From Anaerolineae bacterium (lineage in GTDB: Bacteria; Chloroflexota; Anaerolineae; UBA1429): DNA of 64,000 nucleotides. A program made the translations under genes and the position numbers. The notes beneath the pieces are model-generated. The model saw only the letters and a program-made list of their open reading frames with translations, did no database searches and was not told where the DNA came from. Below are positions 57,961 to 64,000 of the stretch, piece by piece. Positions within the stretch are counted from its first letter, which is position 1; each line of letters starts with the position of its first letter. Location: NCBI GenBank assembly GCA_963675785.1, contig OY776562.1, positions 2,816,001 through 2,880,000 on the forward strand, in the 5' to 3' direction.

Positions 57961-57997
57961 AAACAAAAACCGCCCAGTCCTGAAGGGACTGAACGGC
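57961..57997 (-). terminator. Riboswitch-associated terminator
   Basis: Minus strand CCGTTCAGTCC-CTTCA-GGACTGGGCGG then TTTTTGTTT. Confidence 0.75.
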
Positions 57998-58014
57998 ACG
58001 AATTATGCTTGCGC

Positions 58015-58108
58015 ATACTGCTTCCCTACGCTGGTATAATCCAGGTCAGGTAGTAGGAGTCGATGACAGATGTCATCCTCTCAGCCGTTGGGCTCCCCCA
58101 GCAAAACT
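58015..58108 (-). ncRNA. TPP riboswitch (THI box)
   Basis: Minus strand GGGGGAG...GGCTGAGA...ACCTGACCTGGATTATACCAGCGTAGGGAAG upstream of thiN. Confidence 0.95.
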
Positions 58109-58124
58109 ATTCATTTATAAACTC

Positions 58125-58153
58125 ATACTAGCCCCGTTAACACCTGGCGTCAA
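58125..58153 (-). promoter_or_regulatory. Promoter of thiamine operon
   Basis: Minus strand TTGACG, 17 bp, TAGTAT. Confidence 0.6.
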
Positions 58154-58229
58154 GAATTGAACCTGTTCGCTGCGGCTTGCTTGCTATGTTATAATCGCCA
58201 CGTTGCACCCAGAATGAGGAGTAAAAGTT

Positions 58230-59360
58230 ATGCCCAGAATAGTTCGCAATAAGTCATATATCATCCTAATGCTGGTTTTAGCACTGACTCTGGCCGTTTT
58301 GGTTGGCTGTGGTGATGATGGTGCGACGGTATCCTCGACGGATGCAGAGCAGACAGTGTTACCCACCTTTACACCTTTCCCTACAGCTACACCTACCGCA
58401 GCTGCGACGGCAACACCTGTACCTACGGATACACCGGAACCTACGCCTACGCCGAATCCCAATGTTAACCCCTTGACGGGACTAGTGGTTGATAATCCCG
58501 AATTGTTGAATCTACGCCCTATTGCTTTTCGCGTGGGCAACGACCCAATAGCGCGTCCGCAAGATGGCCTTTCCTCTGCCGCCGTAGTTTGGGAAGAGGT
58601 AATGGAAGGATATAGTATCACCCGCTTTACGGCGATCGTCTATGGTGAAGAGGTCGAGATGGTGCGCCCGATCCGTAGCGCACGCCTGAGTAGCATTCAG
58701 ATTGCTCCCATGTACGATGCAGCTTTGGCTCACTCGGGCGCCAGCGACACGATTCGCTGGCTCATCTCGCAGGCCTCATTCGTCAACCTCGATGAATATT
58801 ATACCCAGACTGGCTATCACTATTTAGGCGCCGACTGGCGCACGCGGCTCTATGCTGACCCCGCAGAGCTTCACGAGTACCTGGCGGATAACGATCTGGA
58901 GCGCTCAGAACCCATCGAAGGTTATACGTTCGATGAGACCGTGCCCTTGGGCTCCACCGCCGAGAGCATCCATATCCCTTATCCCAGCACGTGTTTTGTG
59001 GATTGGAAATATGACGCTGAAACGGATACTTATCTACGCTGGGTAACGAATGTGATTCACGCCGATGGCCTGACGGGTGAGCAGTTGGCGGCTGATAACG
59101 TGGTCATCCTCTATGCTGTCCATGGCACAACGAATATTGTTGAGGATACCAATGGGGCTACGGCCATCGACATTCAACTGACGGGTACTGGCGATGCGGT
59201 GCTCATCCGTAATGGTGTAGCGGTCGAGTGTCAGTGGATTCGTCCTGATGATGGCGGACTGCTTCAGTTTTATGATGAAGACGGCGAACTCGTGCCGCTC
59301 AAGCCTGGCAAAACCTGGATTGAGATGGTGCCGCCTGATTACGACGTCACCATCGAATAA
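58230..59360 (+). CDS. DUF3048 (YerB-like) lipoprotein
   Basis: Lipobox LVGC, PT-rich linker, NPLTG, ARPQDGL, EG..TRF, PIRSAR, LKPGKTWI. Confidence 0.82.
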   Translation: MPRIVRNKSYIILMLVLALTLAVLVGCGDDGATVSSTDAEQTVLPTFTPFPTATPTAAATATPVPTDTPEPTPTPNPNVNPLTGLVVDNPELLNLRPIAFRVGNDPIARPQDGLSSAAVVWEEVMEGYSITRFTAIVYGEEVEMVRPIRSARLSSIQIAPMYDAALAHSGASDTIRWLISQASFVNLDEYYTQTGYHYLGADWRTRLYADPAELHEYLADNDLERSEPIEGYTFDETVPLGSTAESIHIPYPSTCFVDWKYDAETDTYLRWVTNVIHADGLTGEQLAADNVVILYAVHGTTNIVEDTNGATAIDIQLTGTGDAVLIRNGVAVECQWIRPDDGGLLQFYDEDGELVPLKPGKTWIEMVPPDYDVTIE

Positions 59361-59366
59361 AGTGGT

Positions 59367-59392
59367 GAGGGGGAGACCAAAGTCTCCCCCTC
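59367..59392 (+). terminator. Stem-loop terminator
   Basis: GAGGGGGAGAC-CAAA-GTCTCCCCCTC. Confidence 0.6.
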
Positions 59393-59457
59393 TGTTACAT
59401 TCTCTGATAATTTGCGCCTCGTGCATGATGTGACTATACTCTGTAAGTAATGTTGTG

Positions 59458-59539
59458 GCTCACAAAAAATGGTCGCGGCAGACATAGACGTCTCCTCAAG
59501 TACATGCGAGGGGGCGTTTTGCATTTATGCGACCTGAGC
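59458..59539 (+). other. Structured 5' leader of purA (nested hairpin)
   Basis: GCTCA/TGAGC, GGTCGC/GCGACC and AGACGTCTCCTC/GAGGGGGCGTTT nested pairings. Confidence 0.45.
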
Positions 59540-59568
59540 TTTTCAAACAGCAGAGTTAGGAGATTATC

Positions 59569-60858
59569 ATGCCCGCGATTGTGATCATTGGCGCGCAATG
59601 GGGAGACGAAGGCAAAGGCAGAATCGTCGACCATATTGCTAAACGGACTTGCATGGTTGTACGCTATCAGGGTGGCAATAATGCCGGGCATACCGTCGTC
59701 ATTGGGGATAAGACGTTCAAGCTGCATCAGGTGCCTGCGGGCATCATGCGCAAGGGCGTCGCGGCTGTTTTGGGCAACGGTATGGTCATTAATCCTCTTG
59801 CTCTTGTGGAAGAACTGGATACACTACAGGCAGAGGGTATTCCCATTGAGGATATCTATATTAGTTCAAATGCCCATGTGATTATGCCCTATCACCTCTT
59901 GTTGGATGCCTTGGAAGAAAAGCAGAGAGGGGCTGCCTGCCTCGGTACTACCTTGAGGGGCATTGGCCCTGCTTATGCAGACAAATACGCGCGTTGCGGC
60001 TTGCGTATGCAGGATTTATGGCCGCTGGAGCGCTTTGAGAAGCGGGTCGCCGAGGTTCTTCCTCGTGTGAATCTAGAGTTAGAAGGCGTTTTCAAGCACG
60101 AACCCTTGACCGTTAAGGAGATCGTGGATGCTTATGCTGGCGTTGCTGAGCGCCTTGCACCTTTTGTAACCGACACTAGCTTGTTGGTAAACAACGCGCT
60201 GGACAAGGGCGAAACGGTCCTCATGGAAGGCGCTCAGGCGACCATGCTGGATATCGATTTTGGTACTTATCCCTATGTCACCTCTTCTTCGCCGACGGCT
60301 GGCGGAGCCTGCCAGGGGGCTGGCGTCAGTCCGGTCAAGATCGGTGCCGTGTTGGGCGTCGTCAAGGTCTATACTTCTCGTGTGGGTACGGGACCTTTTC
60401 CCACCGAGTTGTTGGATGAGACGGGAGATTGGATCGTGGAAAAGGGGCAGGAATACGGCACGACTACCGGTCGTCGTCGTCGCTGTGGTTGGATCGACCT
60501 CGTTTCGTTGCGCTATGCCACGCGTATCAACGGTTTTACGGACCTTGCTCTGACTCGTTTGGATGTGCTCTCGGGGTTGGACGAGGTCAAGCTTTGTGTG
60601 GCTTATGAAATGCCCGATGGTTCGATAACCCGCGATTACCCCCTGAATACAGACACGCTTGCCCAGGTCAAACCCGTTTATGAGGCCATGCCAGGGTGGA
60701 GTGGAAATCTCCATGCGGCTAGGAGTTTGACTGATTTACCTGAGACTGCCAGGAACTATTGCATTCGCGTTTCAGAGCTGCTTGGAGTCAAGCTGGACAT
60801 GGTTTCCGTAGGGGCAGAGCGCGACGATTTGATTGTGAATAGCTGGCCCATCAATTGA
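59569..60858 (+). CDS. purA: Adenylosuccinate synthetase
   Basis: [38 protein letters not shown]. Confidence 0.98.
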   Translation: MPAIVIIGAQWGDEGKGRIVDHIAKRTCMVVRYQGGNNAGHTVVIGDKTFKLHQVPAGIMRKGVAAVLGNGMVINPLALVEELDTLQAEGIPIEDIYISSNAHVIMPYHLLLDALEEKQRGAACLGTTLRGIGPAYADKYARCGLRMQDLWPLERFEKRVAEVLPRVNLELEGVFKHEPLTVKEIVDAYAGVAERLAPFVTDTSLLVNNALDKGETVLMEGAQATMLDIDFGTYPYVTSSSPTAGGACQGAGVSPVKIGAVLGVVKVYTSRVGTGPFPTELLDETGDWIVEKGQEYGTTTGRRRRCGWIDLVSLRYATRINGFTDLALTRLDVLSGLDEVKLCVAYEMPDGSITRDYPLNTDTLAQVKPVYEAMPGWSGNLHAARSLTDLPETARNYCIRVSELLGVKLDMVSVGAERDDLIVNSWPIN

Positions 60859-60913
60859 AATCCATTGTCGCCTGGTCTTGCCTAGACCAGGCGACATAAC
60901 TTTAGGAGGCCAT

Positions 60914-62416
60914 ATGTCGGTCGAAAAGAATAACTGGAGTAGAGCTTTTACCTTCGATGACGTCCTCTTGCTGCCGGGCCGTTCATCCGTCCTTCCTGGC
61001 GATGTGGATATTTCGGTTGACCTTACGCCCAAAATTCGTCTGAAGGCTCCGGTTCTTTCGGCTGCCATGGATACGGTAACTGAAGGGCGTATGGCTATCG
61101 GCCTGGCTCGTGAGGGTGGGCTAGGCATCATTCATCGCAATTGCTCCATTGAAGTGCAGGCCGGCGAGGTGGACAAGGTCAAGCGTTCAGAGTCCGGTAT
61201 GATTGTCGATCCAATCACGCTACCTCCTACGGCGACGCTTGCCGAAGCCAACGAACTCATGGGCCGCTACCACATTTCGGGTGTGCCCATCACCACGGGA
61301 ACGCGCTTGGTAGGCATCCTCACCAACCGCGACATACGTTTTGCCACAGATATGTCCCATCTGGTCTCAGAGTATATGACTTCGGAGAACTTGGTGGTTG
61401 CGCCTCTTGGCACCACGCTCGATGGCGCGATGGAGATTCTACAAAAGCACCGCATCGAAAAACTGCCTTTGGTGGATGACAATTTCAATCTCAAGGGACT
61501 GATTACCGTCAAAGATATCCAAAAGAAGCGGGACTATCCTGCGGCGGCTTTGGATGAGAGAGGCCGTTTGCTATGCGGCGCTGCTGTTGGTCCTGGCCCC
61601 GAACTCTTTGATCGGGCTTCGGCTCTAGTCGAGGCTGGTGTGGACGTCATCTCGATCGATGCGGCGCACGGCCATTCGGACAACGTCCTCAAGGCCGTTG
61701 AGATGCTCAGAAGCACATTCAGCGATGTGGCTGTATTCGCTGGCAACGTGGTAACGGCAGAGGGCACGGTGGATTTAATCAAGGCCGGCGCTCAAGCAAT
61801 CAAGGTTGGCGTGGGTTCGGGCTCGATCTGTACAACGCGCATTGTGGCCGGTGTAGGTATGCCCCAGTTGACGGCTGTGCTGACCTGTGCCGAGGCCGCC
61901 GCGCCCTATGGCATCCCCGTCATCTCTGACGGCGGCATTCGTTATTCGGGTGATGTGGTCAAGGCTCTGGCGGCTGGCGCTAGTGCAGTCATGCTGGGTA
62001 GCCTGTTCGCAGGAGTCGATGAGAGCCCTGGCGAGCTGGTTATCTATGATGGTCGTCGTTTCAAGGAATACCGCGGCATGGGCTCAGAAGGTGCTATGAA
62101 GGGCTATGGACGCGATCGCTATGCAACCGGTCAGGACAGGGGACTTGTTCAGACGAGTATTTCTTCACGCTCTAGTGGTAAAACCGTTCCTGAGGGCATT
62201 GAAGGACGGATCGCCTACAAGGGCAATCTCTCGGCCATGATTTATCAGCTACTGGGTGGCTTGCGCTCGGGCATGGGTTATGTTGGCGCAGCAAGCCTGG
62301 CGGAACTGCGTGAGAAAGCTCGCTTTATCGAGATTACCCAGGCTGGCTATGTGGAGAGTCACCCGCACAATGTGGTGATTACCAAAGAGGCCCCCAACTA
62401 TCAAATCAATCCCTGA
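60914..62416 (+). CDS. guaB: IMP dehydrogenase
   Basis: [18 protein letters not shown] pair, [15 protein letters not shown]; AGGAGG RBS. Confidence 0.98.
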   Translation: MSVEKNNWSRAFTFDDVLLLPGRSSVLPGDVDISVDLTPKIRLKAPVLSAAMDTVTEGRMAIGLAREGGLGIIHRNCSIEVQAGEVDKVKRSESGMIVDPITLPPTATLAEANELMGRYHISGVPITTGTRLVGILTNRDIRFATDMSHLVSEYMTSENLVVAPLGTTLDGAMEILQKHRIEKLPLVDDNFNLKGLITVKDIQKKRDYPAAALDERGRLLCGAAVGPGPELFDRASALVEAGVDVISIDAAHGHSDNVLKAVEMLRSTFSDVAVFAGNVVTAEGTVDLIKAGAQAIKVGVGSGSICTTRIVAGVGMPQLTAVLTCAEAAAPYGIPVISDGGIRYSGDVVKALAAGASAVMLGSLFAGVDESPGELVIYDGRRFKEYRGMGSEGAMKGYGRDRYATGQDRGLVQTSISSRSSGKTVPEGIEGRIAYKGNLSAMIYQLLGGLRSGMGYVGAASLAELREKARFIEITQAGYVESHPHNVVITKEAPNYQINP

Positions 62417-62433
62417 TCGACAGGAGTAGCGTT

Positions 62434-64000
62434 GTGAATCAGGTTTATCGTATCGAGGTCGCTCTTTTACCAAAAGAGAACCCTCCCGATTTGTTGTTGT
62501 CCGATATCCGTTCGCTGGGCATTGCAGGTGTTCAGCATGTGCAGCAAAGCGCTCTGTACTTTTGCTATGGGCAGCTGACTCCACAAGAGATCGAGCTGTT
62601 GTGCAACGAGCTGCTGGTCGATCCTATCACTCAGACGGCGACTTGGGGCCTGGCCGACGAACCCGTAAGCGATGCTTCGGGCGTCCAGCGCATTGAAGTG
62701 GGCTACTTGCAGGGCGTTACTGATAGTGTGGCCGATAACCTAATGAAGCGAGCGGCGCGATTGGGTGTCTCGGGTCTCATCGAGGCGGGCTCGGCACAGT
62801 GTTACCGCATTCAGGGCAGCGTATCTGCTACCGACCTGGATACTATCGCTCACCGGCTGCTCAGCAACGACATCATCCAACACTACGAGTTGGGTCAGCT
62901 CGAATCGCATGTGGGCAAACCCTTGGCAAGTCACGTCATTGCTGCGGAAGAGGTGCCTCTCGCCGGTTTAAATAACGACGAACTCTTGACTCTTTCAATC
63001 AAGCGGTTGCTCTCCCTCGATTTGGCCGAGATGAAGGCTGTGCAAGCCTATTTCGAGGCCGAGGGTCGGGCGCCAACCGATGTCGAGTTGGAGAGTATCG
63101 CCCAAACCTGGTCAGAGCACTGCGGTCACAAAACCTTCAAGGGTATGGTCGATTACAGCGAGACCATTGATGGTGAGACCACACACGAACTGATCGATAG
63201 CCTCATTCGTACCTACTTGCAGGTGCCCACACAGACTATCGCTGCTCCCTGGGTGCTTTCGGCTTTTGTGGATAACGCCGGCATTATGGCCTTTACCGAT
63301 GACTATGACGTCTCCTTCAAGGCCGAGACACACAACCATCCCTCGGCGTTAGAGCCCTTTGGCGGCGCCAATACGGGCGTGGGCGGTGTAGTGCGCGATA
63401 TTATGGGTGTTTCGGCTCGACCTATCGCCAACACCGATGTGCTCTGCTTTGGCCCGCTGGATACACCCATGGATGACCTGGCGGCGGGTGTGCTGCATCC
63501 CCGCCGCATCTATAGCGGGGTGGTAGGCGGTGTCGAGGACTATGGCAACAAGATGGGTATCCCCACGGTGAACGGGGCCATCGTCTTTGAGCCGGGTTAT
63601 ACCGCCAATCCGTTGGTCTATTGCGGCTGTATTGGTATGGCGCCGCGTGGTTCGCATCCCGATGGGGCTCGTCCGGGCGATCTGGTGGTCGTGCTGGGCG
63701 GACGTACGGGACGCGATGGCCTGCATGGGGCTACTTTTTCTTCCATCGAATTGACCGACGAGACCGGTGTGACCTCGGGGGGCGCCGTGCAGATTGGCAA
63801 CCCCGTCACCGAAAAGATGGTGCTCGATGCCATTTTGGTAGCGCGCGATGAAAAGCTCTACAGCGGCATTACCGACTGTGGCGCTGGCGGCCTCTCCTCC
63901 GCAGTGAGTGAGATGGGCGAGGATACTGGCGTGGCTGTGCGGTTGGAAATGGTGCCGCTCAAATACGCTGGCTTGCAGCCCTGGGAGATTTGGCTCTCTG
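62434..64000 (+). CDS. purL: Phosphoribosylformylglycinamidine synthase PurL with N-terminal PurS-like extension (3'-truncated; absent from ORF track)
   Basis: GTG after AGGAG; [40 protein letters not shown]; open to window end. Confidence 0.95.
   Translation, partial: MNQVYRIEVALLPKENPPDLLLSDIRSLGIAGVQHVQQSALYFCYGQLTPQEIELLCNELLVDPITQTATWGLADEPVSDASGVQRIEVGYLQGVTDSVADNLMKRAARLGVSGLIEAGSAQCYRIQGSVSATDLDTIAHRLLSNDIIQHYELGQLESHVGKPLASHVIAAEEVPLAGLNNDELLTLSIKRLLSLDLAEMKAVQAYFEAEGRAPTDVELESIAQTWSEHCGHKTFKGMVDYSETIDGETTHELIDSLIRTYLQVPTQTIAAPWVLSAFVDNAGIMAFTDDYDVSFKAETHNHPSALEPFGGANTGVGGVVRDIMGVSARPIANTDVLCFGPLDTPMDDLAAGVLHPRRIYSGVVGGVEDYGNKMGIPTVNGAIVFEPGYTANPLVYCGCIGMAPRGSHPDGARPGDLVVVLGGRTGRDGLHGATFSSIELTDETGVTSGGAVQIGNPVTEKMVLDAILVARDEKLYSGITDCGAGGLSSAVSEMGEDTGVAVRLEMVPLKYAGLQPWEIWLS

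Noticed and set aside
1680-59392. Similar GAGGGG/CCCCTC hairpins at 1680, 19409, 36827 and 59367 as a repeat family
   Set aside because: All sit at gene 3' ends and differ internally; ordinary terminators suffice
59458-59539. ZMP/ZTP or purine riboswitch call
   Set aside because: Conserved aptamer motifs absent; kept only as an unclassified structured leader

Overview
Chromosomal core-genome window from a bacterium that looks like Chloroflexota (probably Anaerolineae, inferred from protein families, not from a marker search). It holds lgt, comEA, a CIRCE-controlled hrcA-grpE-dnaK-dnaJ-prmA-rsmE operon, tkt, dinG, efp, pcm, a Wzz/BY-kinase cluster, fab genes, rsgA, a TPP-riboswitch thiamine-salvage operon and purA-guaB-purL. 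No rRNA, tRNA, CRISPR or mobile element was seen. The standout is a candidate peptide signalling or processing locus at 12.7-17.3 kb. It consists of a MalT-type ATPase-TPR-wHTH-BTAD activator, a promoter with 11-bp-periodic direct repeats, two tandem genes (missed by the ORF track) for one identical 35-aa signal-peptide-like precursor, a DUF5317-like membrane protein whose motifs parallel the aspartyl signal peptidase LspA, and a small NHLP-like protein. The 36.4-36.9 kb intergenic region looks like oriC (DnaA boxes, DnaA-trios, AT cluster) but has no dnaA/dnaN nearby and sits next to a catalytically degenerate BY-kinase. All family calls come from motif recognition by eye; no database searches were run.
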